Shown here one piece after another: positions 1 to 13,600 of a stretch of 64,000 bases of DNA. Source of the stretch: Lytechinus pictus (lineage: Eukaryota). The notes below the pieces were generated by a model that was not told where the DNA came from, ran no database searches, and saw only the letters and a list, made by a program, of their open reading frames with translations. The position numbers were made by a program, and so were the translations under genes. The stretch covers positions 12,340,001 to 12,404,000 of the forward strand of contig NC_087251.1 in the NCBI RefSeq assembly GCF_037042905.1, written 5' to 3'. The number at the start of each line of letters is the position of its first letter. Position 1 is the stretch's first letter.

Positions 1-1522
1 TTTTCATCAACAATTTTTGTCACATAAGACGAGACACACAAAATGTAATATGAAATAAATTAAAACGATTATTATATTTTAAAGAGTAAGTCAGTCATTC
101 CACGGGTGTAGATCGGGGGATGGGGGATACCCCCGCCCCCTCTTTTCGGAGAGGGGGTAGGGCATGTACAACCACCCCACCCCCCCCCCCCCCCACACAC
201 ACACACACACACACACACTTTTCAAGACAGAAACAATATTTTGTTAAATCATCAAGTGATTAATACCACTGTTTATGCGTATAGATCTTTAAATGCAGTC
301 AGAGTGTTTAAATTGGCCCAATTTTGCATTCTAAAAATGCGCTCAATCTATATAATCTTACATTTAGCTTATTGCAAAGGTTATATCAGCTGCATCATGA
401 AAGAATGATTATAATACTTTCATTTATTGATCATAAACCAATCGAAACATCCTTTAATACACTGACGTGAATGTGTGTGTGTGGGGGGTCATGGGGGGTC
501 ATGTCCTAGTGTCTTTGTGGAAGCGGGGGATTGTACAAAAATACCGTATATTTCAATGAGTCACTGAGATCAGATGACATTGACCAAATCTTTGCCGCTA
601 ATGAAACTTAGAGGCAAGTTATATAGGACAGCAATATTTTCCACACATTACAATTGCATCCGTTTATAGGAGACTTTTAAATCATATTGATTCCATATCA
701 ATCTAATAAATATTTGAAATATGAATTTTGCTCAAAATTTTGAATCTCCCAAAGTCCCAATATAATCTTAAAGATTATTCCAAATCTTTCTTTTCTGCAA
801 TATTTTCTTTTAAGTTTGCATCATTGTGCTATTTCCACGTTTTGGGGAGTTTATAGTGTGGCCTGTGATGACTTATTTATGTCATAAGGCACCCTTAATC
901 CCGATAATCATGATCCCATTTAGGTTTAATTCTCATCTCACCTTTTACCAGTGAGAAAATGATATTTCATTGAACAAATTCTGGACTGTTATATCCTTAT
1001 TTGATCTTTTTATTTCTTTTTCCTTTTCTTCTAAAGTTTAGATCATTGCTAATTTACCCTATCGTCCTCTGTAATCTGCATATAATTTAAATCAACTGAA
1101 GCCACTTTTTTCAAGGCTCGCTCACACCGGATCAGAGACCAGTCCGCTCTGGTTTTGTTATCTTGCATTAAACGCAGAGGGTGCTTTTGGGGAGGGTGAG
1201 GGTGCTTGGGTGGGTGTGCATATAAAGCGGGAAATAAATGGAAGCTCAAATTTTGGGGCTGTGGGTGCAGAGCGAATTAAAGGAACCGCCCTCCCACGAA
1301 GTAGAACTCATTTGTAATAACAAATTAAAAAAACCAAAGATAGTTATGTGTATTTATACAATGATAGTGAAGTTATTGTGGCGGTCTGCTTTTGATAATG
1401 GATCAGTCCATTCTTATAGGGGATTAGCGTCATAATAAATGTGTTATCTCCAACTGATTGACCTTACTTGTAAACAAATCAACTTCATGAAATTCAACAT
1501 TTTGAAAAATCAGGAGTCTTAG

Positions 1523-1557
1523 CATAAAACGGAGACTCTCGAAAGAGAAAACTCAGT
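1523..1557 (+). promoter_or_regulatory. Candidate core promoter of the scavenger receptor gene (TATA-like CATAAAA plus Inr-like TCAGT)
   Basis: CATAAAA at 1523-1529 and TCAGT at 1553-1557. The central A (1555) is 32 nt after the TATA-like start and 50 nt before the ATG. Motif spacing only. An alternative TATAAA lies at 1221. Confidence 0.4.
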
Positions 1558-1604
1558 ATCAAGTATCGTTGGAACTCGTTAAGGTTTGATCTTAACAATC
1601 CAAG

Positions 1605-4600
1605 ATGACTGAGGCTACATTCTCTCTTAAGAGGAAGATTCTCTATGGAATCCTCATGACTCTGTCCATAGGTCTCATTGTGTCAGGCTGTCTCATGCCG
1701 GTTTTAATGGATTCGATGTACAAGATAGTTATCGATTCGGTAAGCTAAACAGAAGCCATATTATGGATTTTTATTTTTACATTGTTTCATGAAGTGATAA
1801 ATAATCACTTCATAGAATTTATACACCAAGCAAGGAGGTGCAACTTTTCATATTAAATGGTGCAAAATAATAGTGCAATACTGCACAGTAAGAACGCTGT
1901 ATACACCGTTTACTATATTAATATTTTGATAGTTGATATTTCTATAGCGCCTTTTTTGCATCATCCCTGGTCAGCATAGGATATAAAAATGAGTTATTGT
2001 TTAATTGTTGAAAGCAAGTATTCACAGATTGAATATAAAATATCAAAATTAACTTTGTTGTTTAAGATTTTAAATGCTTGTTTAAACTGTTAAAGCACTA
2101 CTGTTAAGTTCATAATATGATGATTTAAAATGAAAAAAAAAATAACTGTACATGGGAGTATCTTGTAGGGTGCAATTTGCGCCTTTTGAAAATCTAAATT
2201 TTGCAATTTTTTTTTAAGTGTAAATTTCTTATGAGTGCATTCAGTTGATAATCACTAAAATAATCACGAAATCACTAAATTTGTGTCAATCTCCTCTCCC
2301 CCCCCCCCCGCGAAAAAAATATGTACATTTATTTTTTATATATATATATATATATAACAAAATAATGCTGAAGATAATGCTTTGATTGCCAATAAATGTT
2401 TTATTGTTCACTCGAATTTTCGACGGTCCTCCGTTTTCTTCTGGGGAGTGTTTCATGAAAGGACTTGTCGGACATTTTATTCGACAAGTCAAATTTTATC
2501 GGACAGTTACCATAGTAACAATGCCTCTCAGTCAATCAAAATCAGGGAAAGATGTCAAACCTGACAACTTGTCGGACAAAAAAAGTTGAAACACTCCCCA
2601 GGAGTTTACAATGTGTGGTATCATATCAATCAGAGAGCGCATCCTCAGACAGATGCTGCTGCTATGATATGATGACTGGCTGAGGTTGCGCGCCTTTCAC
2701 ATTAATAAATCAACGGCAAACTGCATGGTTTTAGGCGAACTTGGAAGATTCAAATTAGAGAAATATATTGAGAATAGAATGATAAACTTCTGGTATGGAT
2801 TAGTTCACAATAGTAAAACAGAAATGTCTAATATGATTTACGAGATTGTAAAGATACTTTATGATCAAGGTATATATCAGACAAGTTGGTTAACAAAGAT
2901 AAAGCAAACTCTTGATAGATTGGGCATGGAATTTATTTGGCATTTCTGATTCCTCGAGCAGATATTGGGTAAAGCAAGCTGTAGATCTACGAATAAAGGA
3001 TTCACAGTTGCAAAATTGGTTTACGTTCATAAACGAAAACTCTCAGTGTGTTAACTACAGAATATTTAAAGAAAATCTTCGTCTAGAAAGTTACCTCATT
3101 AATATGAATAAAAAAGATAGAATCACTTTTTGTAGATTTCGATGTGGAAATCATCGACTTCCTATTACCTCAGGAAGATATGAAAACCGTCAAAGAAACA
3201 TGAGACTTTGTACATTATGCAACCTTCAATCAATTGGTGATGAATTTCACTATATATTCGTTTGTCCTTCTTTTGCTAAAGAAAGAAAGTTTCATCTTAA
3301 AAGATATTACACTGAAAGACCGAATACACTAAAAATGAATCAACTATTTAACTGTGAAAAACCAAAAATCCGTTCCAACCTTGTAAAATTTTGCAAGAAA
3401 ATTATGCTTCGTTTCTAAATAAGTTATGCTCGAAATCCTATATTTTGAGCTGTTAATTGAATAGTGGTATAACAGCCAATGATATGCTGATGCCATTACT
3501 TGCCTTCTATTAGACAAATGTTTATGCTAATTATAATGTTAATAAGCTGGGGTTTTAAACTTTAATCAATCCATTATCTCAACTGTAGGCCTAATTATCA
3601 AATTTTTCTAAACTTTGCTACGCTCGAAATATAATATTTTGAGCTTTTTTTAAAGGCTGTGGTTTAATATCCAACGATGTTATGATGTCGTTACTATGAT
3701 TTTTTATTTTTTTTTATCATATGTAAACTTTGATTATATTTTTGAAGCTTCAGGGTACTATTTCAACCGTAATTATACAATTATTTTTAATGCTAAAATT
3801 TTTATTCTTTTTAATTGATTTTTTTTTTCTAAATGTACTCTAAATGATTTGTAAATTACTTGATGAAATACTATTTATGATTTTGTACATTTGTATGATT
3901 GTTTCTTCAATACCCACTCTAGGGGTGACATGGGAATAAATGTCATTGTCATTGTCAATGACATATACTGTTTACACTTAATCGGCTTTTGGTTCTGAAC
4001 CAAAAGCCGATTAAGTGTAAACACGGTAACATAAACAAATATAGTCATATAGTAACGCTTGTTTGTGATGATCATATATACGTAACAGTAAAGAAAATAT
4101 TGCGCAATAACATTACTCGTTACGTAACAATAAGAAATTTAAGCGATTGGATGATAGAACGAAGATCAAATTGGTTCAGAGAAAATGATTCTCCCCCGAA
4201 AAATATATATATATCAAAGTAATCAGAAATTTCTTGTACATTATCAATAGTCATATCCCCTTTTTTTTATCTTAGAAGCTTTTTTCTTTTTTTTCGTGTT
4301 TATTTAAATAAGACGTCCTTTGACAAGGCGTTAATCTACACTTTGCCACTCTCGACCCAGGTGCTAAAGGGCGATTCCATGCTAGACAAATCAGCTATTT
4401 TCGCAACATTTTTCAACCTATTGTCCAAACAAACGAAGAACTTCAATTTGTTTTGTGGTAATAATAGAGTACTACTGGGTAGACATATGAAAAAATGACA
4501 ACCAACAAAAATATGCTGTCCATGGGTAAATTAGAGGTGAAAATGTTGTGTGTCGTACGGGACATTTCTGAGTCGACACATATTTTCGCCCTTAATTCAG

Positions 4601-7600
4601 CCATAATCAAATATATTTTGTTGGTAATCAGTTTTTCACATGACTACCCACTATACCTTTATTATTTACCCAAAAAATAATTTTCATTGATCAAGCAATC
4701 AGCTAAGAGACTAGAAATTGTTGACAAAATGTCCCGTACGACTCGTACCGGTAGGATTTGAAAGTCATTTAGCTTGCCCAGTACTGTGTGCGCCTCACCG
4801 GCGACTGACTGGAATACTCCCCAGGGAGTGGAGGATGTGCACACAATGTGTGCGGGAATGACTGATTGAATCCGACGACCAGGGTAAATATCTGTAAAGC
4901 GCTTAGACACGTCGTTCCGATGTATTAAGCGATAAAAGCGGATTATTATTTACAAGACCTTAAAAATGTGTACTATCATAATTTCGTTAACGATGAATGT
5001 GTGGCGGCTATTGTGTTTTAAATAAAGAAGATGTGTGCGAGATTGTGCAAAGAAGATCAAGACTGCACAATTATTGTCATGTTGTATGATAAACAAGATC
5101 ATCCATTTCATAAGCGGATTTGCATGCGTTTGAGACTTTTGAAAGTTGCCAAGTTGCACCCTCTCAATTTTCGCGTTGATACTTACCTCAAAGGATCCAA
5201 AATAATGTACAATTTCTAGTCTTGCTGCCATTGGCGGCGGAAGCCAAAAAATTTAGGGGGGGTCCACCTGAAATTTTGGGATGGAAAGAGGTAAAAAATT
5301 TCACAAGCAAATAAAAACAAAAAAAAGGTTACCAACCTAATTTTTAGGGGGAGAACACCAAACAAATTTAACAAGCAAAAAAAAAAAAAAGTTATCAACC
5401 AAAATTTTAGGGGGGACCACAAACATTTTAGGGGGGTCCACTTTAATTTAGGGGGGACACAGGAAACAAAATTGACAAGCAAAATAAAGGTTATCAATAA
5501 AAAAAATTAAGGGGGACCGTCCCCCACCTCAAACATCCGCCGCCTATGCTTGTTGCTGATTGCTTCCATATTACGCTTCTATTTCTGTGTGATAGAAAAT
5601 ACTGATACATTTCTAGAAAAGCTGTCGAAAGTATGTTTCTCAATTTGAACGAGATTCTCTTTTTTTTTTTTTTTTTTGGGGGGGGGGTTGATATCTTAGA
5701 TGGTCTAATTAGTCTCCCCGAGCAGATGTCTCGCCCACCACCCCCACCAGAGGTGAAGGCGAGACTAAAAGATCCAAATGTCGTCCGTCCGTCGATCCGT
5801 CGTTCGTCCGTCCGTCACAAACATTATGACATATATAACTCCACAACCGTTGGTCACTTTTCAACCAAACTTTGATGATAGATGACCTGCATGTATATGC
5901 TGCAGTCAGAGGTCATATGGTAAGGTCAAAGGTAATTTTCAGGTTAATGTTAAAGTTTATACGTGCAAGACTCTCTTATGACACATAACTCCACAACCGT
6001 AAGTCGATCACTTTTCAACAAAACTTGCATGGACGGTAGATGACCTGCATGTATATGCTGCAGTCAGAGGTCATATGGTAAGGTCAAAGGTCATTTTCAG
6101 GTCAACGTTAAAGTTTACGTGCAATTAAGACTCTCCTATGACACACAACTCCGCAGCCGCAAGTCACTTTTCACCCAAACTTGGGTTGTACTTAAAGACC
6201 TGCATATCATGGCGCTTTCAGAGGTCACATTGTAAGGTCAAAGGTCATTTTGAGGTCATGAATTGTTATGACATAAATCCGCAACTGTAAGTCACTTTCG
6301 AAGCAAACTTGGGTTGTAGCTGTACTTAAGAGACCTGCATGCCATGTGTTCAGAGGTCACATGTTAAGGTCAAATGTCATTTTGAGGTCAACATTAAAGT
6401 TTATGTGCAAGACTCTTATGACAAATGTTATTCCATCCCAGTTATTTTACAATGAACTTTTGATACAATTCTGTTGCGTGCCCTCGCAAATCACGATATT
6501 TCTGTTCACTTTCAAAAGTGACACAACATCGCTTATGCCTTAATTGTTGTAAATGGTGTGTGGAGCCGTGTTATGTGCAAACAACGGTATATGTGAAAAA
6601 TTTCGCCGGGTTTTGTTCAAACAACGGAATTTGTGCAATCGCCACGCCGGGAAATGCGCAAATCTGTCAAAATTTATCAACGGCATCTGTTTTTTTTTTT
6701 TTAGTTTTTACTCTTCACGCTACTGCTGCAAAGAATCCTGTTCACAGTGGCGTACAGACCACAAAAAAGGAATCTAAAGAGAGAAGATTGAAATATATTA
6801 TTCTCTGGATATCATGTAAAAATCTATCACAAAATTGAATTTTTGTATTGAAAAGGTCAAATTCTTGCTCGCTCGCAACTTGTTTTAAAAGATAAATTCT
6901 GCCCGATACGCAATATCTGGCCTTCTCAAAATAGTCGCCTCATTACACCATTACGCCTGTTCATATACCATCACTAGCGTACCTAAGGGGGGGGGGGGCA
7001 GACTGCCCCCCTGATGAGTCACAACTCATGCATGGGACGTATCCCTGCCCCCCTGACGAGTCACCTGAAGACCTTTCTTCTTTTTTTTTTGCTTGTCAAA
7101 TTTTTTTTCTGGTAAGAAATCCTTTTTTCTTGGTTGAAGACCTTTTTTTTTTTTGCTTGTCAAATTTATTTGGGGACGAAATATCCTCCAAAAAATGTGC
7201 TCCCCTTCTGGAAAATCCTAGGTACGCCAGTGTATACCATGATATGACCGGGAAATTTTTGGCTCTTGCCCCCCTGGCCACCGACCCCTGTTACGCCGCT
7301 GATCACAATGATGATTCAAGATTCTCGTGTGAAGCTTAATTCGACCCGCCGGGAGATATTGAAATGCCTATTCTAAATCGGCATTCAACTCTTACATGTC
7401 CTCACACACAATGTAAACACTTTTTTTTCACTTCCTAGGAAGCATTCCAATGAGATTTTGCAAACTCTCACTGTAGGCATATTACACAAAGTCTTTCGTT
7501 TATGATCCTCCCGGCTACTCATTTAGCACTTAGATGTAAAGTGGCAAAGTATGGATTAACGCCTTGCCTAAGGATACTAGGCCGCGGTGTGATTCGTATG

Positions 7601-10600
7601 GAAGCCTAACTATAGGCCTAGTTCCAACCATATGTTACATCCCTTAGAAATTGTGTTGATGCTACGTTGAATTTAATTTCACTGTAGATTTTTTATCACC
7701 CCAAATTATTCCCCAGAACCCTTTCACGGCACGGCCTTTTTGAGGATATCACTACACTACGCTAAAATCAAAAGTTATACATGTCATAAAATGTTAATTT
7801 TTATGAGATTGATCATGAGTTTTATTTAAAAATTTCTCTTTTTTATCAGATGATGATCCTAGATGAAAGTTCAGTGGTGTATCAAGAATGGGCGCATCCA
7901 ACATTACCAACGTTTTTATCCTATTACATCGTGGATATTCAAAATCCAGAAGAATACAAGAATGGAGCCAAGCCTATCATCGAAGATAAGGGACCATACG
8001 TCTACAAGTAAATATTTTATGAATTTTTATGTAAAGGTGTTAAAGTATGACATTTATGTCTGCTTTAAAGACGTTTTCCCTGCCATACACTGTAAAAAAT
8101 ATTGGGTAAAATTTTTACCACCACGAGGGTAATTATGTGTCCAACCAATTTTGGGCAGTATTTTACCCAATGCGGGAAGCATATTGTCCAGTAAAGTTAA
8201 ATGGGCAAAATTTTCATAACACTGGATAAATAAATATGCCCAATGATGGTTGGACACATAATTACCCTTATGGAGCACTCTATTCTTATTTTAGAGTGTA
8301 TTATCACAATGCTCAAATTGTGATATTATCTTCTTGCGTCTATCCTCTCTATTTTCTCCTCTCCTGTCCGCTTATCCGCCTTCCTACCGGTTATTTGTTC
8401 ACGGCATCAATCACATTCTTCGTGCATTATATTCTTTCCAGGTTATTTTATATATTTTTTTCTCCTTTTATACACATCATTGAATCCAGTTTGCTTGAGT
8501 CCACGACGGCATGTGTTTATATCTACGTACAGCAGCACCCATCCATCTTCTCAGGGCATTCTCCCCTTTTTTCTTCTCTTTTTCTGGGGGGGGGGTGGGG
8601 TGGGGAAGGGTGGATATTTTTAGGACGGGTTGTTTTGTCCTTTATCAAACTTTATATTTTTGATAACTTTGTATTTATTTTGTGAGTATTTCCCTCTCAT
8701 GTATTTATTTTTTTCTCATTTGATTATCTGTATTTATACTTTGTTATTGTGTTATTTGTTGTGTTATCTATTTTTTTGAGGGGCCCACATTGTACAAGCA
8801 TTGCTTTTTAGTGGGTCCCCCCATTTCCATCTTAATTTAATTTCTATTGAAAAATAGTATACATATTTAAAACCTACAATGTGTTGCCCAAATTGTCTAA
8901 GTATTTTTTCACAACATATGTATCATTATTTTTTTTTTGCAACGGATACAAATATTTATGTTTATATATGGTATACAATTTGTTTTTGTTTGATGGAAGT
9001 GAAATAAATAAATTTGAATTTGAATTTGAATTTGATAAAGAAAGACCACTCGAAGAAACCATGACTGGTTATCCGTTAATAGTTAACAATGGGTGATTTT
9101 AAGTATGGTTTTGAAGTCTGGTGTTGGTGTTGTGACAACACCAATAAATGCATATTCTAAAAGAATCATATGACACATATTGTTTTATCCATGCCTATAA
9201 ACACTTTAGTGGTCGTTTCATTGTTGTCTCTTTTTTGTCTGTCTGTCTGTCTCTCTTTTTCCCTCTCCCCCTCTTTATCTCTTCCTCCCTCCTTCCCCTA
9301 CCTCCCTTGTGAACCCACACTTTCTTTTTATCTTTCTATATTTCTTTATTAAATTAATTATTAATTTATTTAATTACTTATTCACTTATTTATTAATTCC
9401 TTTTTTTCACTATTCATTGTCTAAATAGGATGTTTGTAGACCGGAAAAACCTGACATTTCACGACAATGGGACTTTGACCTTCATGCCACATTATTTATA
9501 TTTCTTTGAACCTGAGAAATCGGTCGGCCCAGAAACTGATCGCATCATCACCCCAAATATAATGTTGCTGGTAAGAGAGAAATAATAATACAAATAATTG
9601 TGTCATATCAACATCAAATATAAACATATATATATATAATTCGTGAAATAATGATGAACGTGTGTTTCCAAAGAACTCTTATCTTTACCTTATGCTGTAT
9701 TTGTTTATGAATTGACATGATAACAAATATTCATTAACTTGATTGATATTCATTGTTGTCGTTGTTCTTATCATTACTCCTGTATCATCATTACTCCTGT
9801 ATCATTATAATTTTTATCATTATTGACAGGCTTCTGTGTTTGCTGGTCGTAATGATTCAAACGAGACTAAGAGTGATATGAATGCTTTTCTCAATCTGAT
9901 CGGAGGAGAAGTGACCCTAAATCTAACTATCGGGGAGCTCATGTGGGGCTACAGAAGACTGGGATGGGGTCCATTGAAGCGTTTTGTATCGACTGGCGAG
10001 TTTTGGGTACAAGAAAACGAGGAACAAAATGAGTGGATGAGACCAGGTTTTCTGTCGCCGGTAAATGAAAATCACTAATTTAGAATATCGCACTAAAGTA
10101 TCTGGTCGTTTCTCAGAATAAATATATCATAGAGAATAATTTGTAACTTGTATCTCGACATGCTCAAGGTTTTTCAGAACATTTTGCTCCAAGATAACGA
10201 ATATAGTTTGAGCCCTCAACAATTATGCACGGAGAAAGTCCATTGCACTTTGTTTCATACTGGATGAAGGTGATTTTCAAACCTTTTCTTTACTGAATAT
10301 AATCATATGGGACTCCATATCAAATAATTTTATTTCTGAAGAAAATAAAATCTCAACACGCAACTTGCTTGTGATCGGCTCCAATCCACGTGAGATATGA
10401 TATGGGTTGGACAATTTAAAGAGCTTATTATGTAGATTCCAGTAAATTACAATTTTGAATAGGATGGTCGGTAAAAGGCAAGATAAAAATAAAATGGTAT
10501 GATTGCAGGAACATAAGGAAACTAAAAGCCATCAACCCATATCTAATTATTATCAAACAAAACTTGAATACGTAAATTTAGATAACACAATGTAATAAAC

Positions 10601-13600
10601 GGTGAATTCTGTGGTGATGAATATCCGCTACTAAACAATTTTGCTTTGCTTATCGAGAGTCACCTCTTGAAATGAAATAAAATCTCTCCTTTGTCCAGTT
10701 CAACGCAACTTTGCTCTACGAGTACAATGTTTTTGACGGTGTTGCTGATCAGAAACTTGTCAATGCAATCGATAATTACTGGGGTAAACCAACGACAGAT
10801 TGGTGGTGGTCAGAAGAGGCCAATGATATCAGGGGAACAGGTATGTTCGTAATTTTGTTTTCATCTTCTTGATAGTTTTCTTTGTGCGTTGAGAACAAAA
10901 GTTTAATTTATCAATATCTTGTACCAGCATGGTTGAACATGGCTTATCGGGGTTTTTTCCGTTTCTGGCCATGAAAATGATTCCCTCCCACTTAACTCCT
11001 TAGAATCAGACCTCTTCGAGTGACGATGATGACCACGAAGAGTGTCCCTATTTCAGTAATATCCACTACTACTCTACTACTTCTAATATGATTTTTACTA
11101 CAGCAACAACACAACTACTACTACTGCTACTACTACTACTACTATACTACTACCCTTCTACTCATGGGTGTCGATCGGTATTCTTGGTTGGGGGGGATGA
11201 TTGACACAAATGTTCTTGTGGATGGGGATCTTTCAACATTACCCCCACTAAAATCACAAGTTAGGACATTTGGGAGTGGTTGATATGCATGGTGTTCTTG
11301 CAGTGGCGTACCGTGAGTCACGGCATTGGGGGGGGGTACCAGCAAAATTTTTGAGTCACTTAGTTTCGCGCGCTCAGTTGCCAGGTATATTGACCTAATA
11401 GGGACATTTCAAGGACAGTGCCATTAAACGGATATGTATCTCACTGCTCAAATAATGCGAGCGCGAAGCGCGAGTTGAAAATTTTTGATATGCAGACCAA
11501 AAAAGGACATTATAAGCAAATTTTTGTAATCATGATACATACCTGTCTCGCTAAACAAACAATGCGAGCGCGAAGCGCGAGCTGAAATTTTTGTAAATAT
11601 TTACCCCAAACAAGGACATGTTAAGGACTGTATTTTAGGAATCCATTAAGAGTATACATATCTCACCATAGTCATCTAATGCGAGTGCAAAGCGCTTGCT
11701 GATTTTGCTACATCTAAACACATGAAGCACTTTTTGTAGTCATTGTAATCATGATAATACGCATCTCACTCATCAAATATTGCGAGCGCGAAGCGCGAGC
11801 TGAAAATCTAGGATATTCAGACCTGAAGAGGGGCATTCTAAGGCCTGTTTGTAAGAATTCACTATTAAAGACCATACGATACGTATTTCACTAAACAAAT
11901 GTGATCGAAAATTTTTGATATTCAGATCAGAAAAAGGGACATTTTAAGGACTGATTTTTAGGAATTCATGAAGAGCAGTCATATCTCACCAATCTACTAG
12001 TGCGAACGTAAGCACGGACAGGAAATGTTTTATATTAACACCTTAAAATGGGGCAATCACTTTAAGTAGTCATGAAAAAGAACCATATGTCACTACATAA
12101 AACAATAATAAGTCGAAGTGCGAGGAAATATATTTGGTGTATATTGACTTAAAAACGTTAAACAGACAATGCGAGTACCGGGAACAATGAAGAAATCTAG
12201 GCCTGAGCAAAATAAAGTTATGAAAAAATGTTTCTTATGTATTATAACATAACATTATTATAATATAACATTATAATGAACAATAATTTCTTCATTCCCA
12301 CTACGTTTCTCTTCCTTTCTCCTCTTCCCCGTTTTTTTTTTGGCCAGCCGATTGGGGGGCACGTGCCCCCATGCCCCCCCCCCCCCCCGTAGTTACGCCA
12401 CTGTGTTCTTGGAAATTCTTTCATTATTGCAGTGTACTGTACTTATAATTTTTTTTTGAAAATTCAATTTGTGTTACAAGTAAGCCTATTCTAAACTCAT
12501 ACGAAAGAAAAACTGACAAAAATTGTCTGGACCATGTACAAAGTGATCTGTTTATTGGACATGATGTATACAACTTCTCTCTTAAATCTAACCCGACTGG
12601 CGATATCTTTTTTCTTCTTAATGCATGATGATAAAATGCAGATTCGGACAAATTAAGACTAGCACAAATTACAAACTGTGTGGCTTCTCGTGCGCCATCG
12701 GGCTTACTGTCATTCCTTAGACGATTTTAACCCTGGATTTTAACATGTTTTAAATGCTTTATAAGTGCATAAAACAAAAACAAACATAAAAACAATCAAA
12801 ACTCAACTGTCATGTTATGATATTTCTCCAATATTTTCTTGAACCATCAGTGTGTAATATCAGCTAATATATGTGTTAAAATGAAATTTATGTACCGCAT
12901 GAGTGTGCTCATATAGAATGCAAAACTGTCATCCCTTTCCAAACTCAAAAGAGATTTCTTTTTGCCAAAATAAGAAAGAGCCAATCAAGTTTAGTTATTC
13001 AAGTCCATAACAATAACAAGAATAACATGGGGAAAAAAATCTGATGTTCATATCCGAAGATACGCTTTAGAGAGAAATGAATGATTATTCTTTCTGAAAC
13101 CATTAATTGATTTCACTTATTAAAAAATTGTAAAATATGATCATATTACCACTGGTGGGATGGAACACCCTATCAACAAAAGTTGTTTTTCGTCAGGGTC
13201 CTTTTATGTCATGTGTTAAAAAATATCATATACATAAACATTTCATTCTTTTTCATCTTGAACCTCCACCCATCTGTTTAAAAGTCCTGGAAAAGAATGT
13301 TTTTATTTAATAACAATATTCACGAATTGCAAGGGAAACAAACTGATTGATGGCATACTATAATCATCACTATAATCATCATGATCAAACCTTTACATTT
13401 TTTCATCATCATTATTATAAATTTTCTACCCTAAATTATTGGGGGGGATGATAATACAGGCCATCCCCCCCACTTGAAATATTGGGGGGGATATATCCCC
13501 CCCATCCCCCCCCGTGATCGACACCCATGCGTTCTACTCTACTACTACTACTACTTCTACTATTTCTACTACTGCTACTATACTACTACTACTAGTACTA

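Noticed and set aside
7863..8132. 89-aa ORF (and 32595-32864) as a gene
   Set aside because: Wrong-frame overlap of receptor exon 2 running into a MITE.
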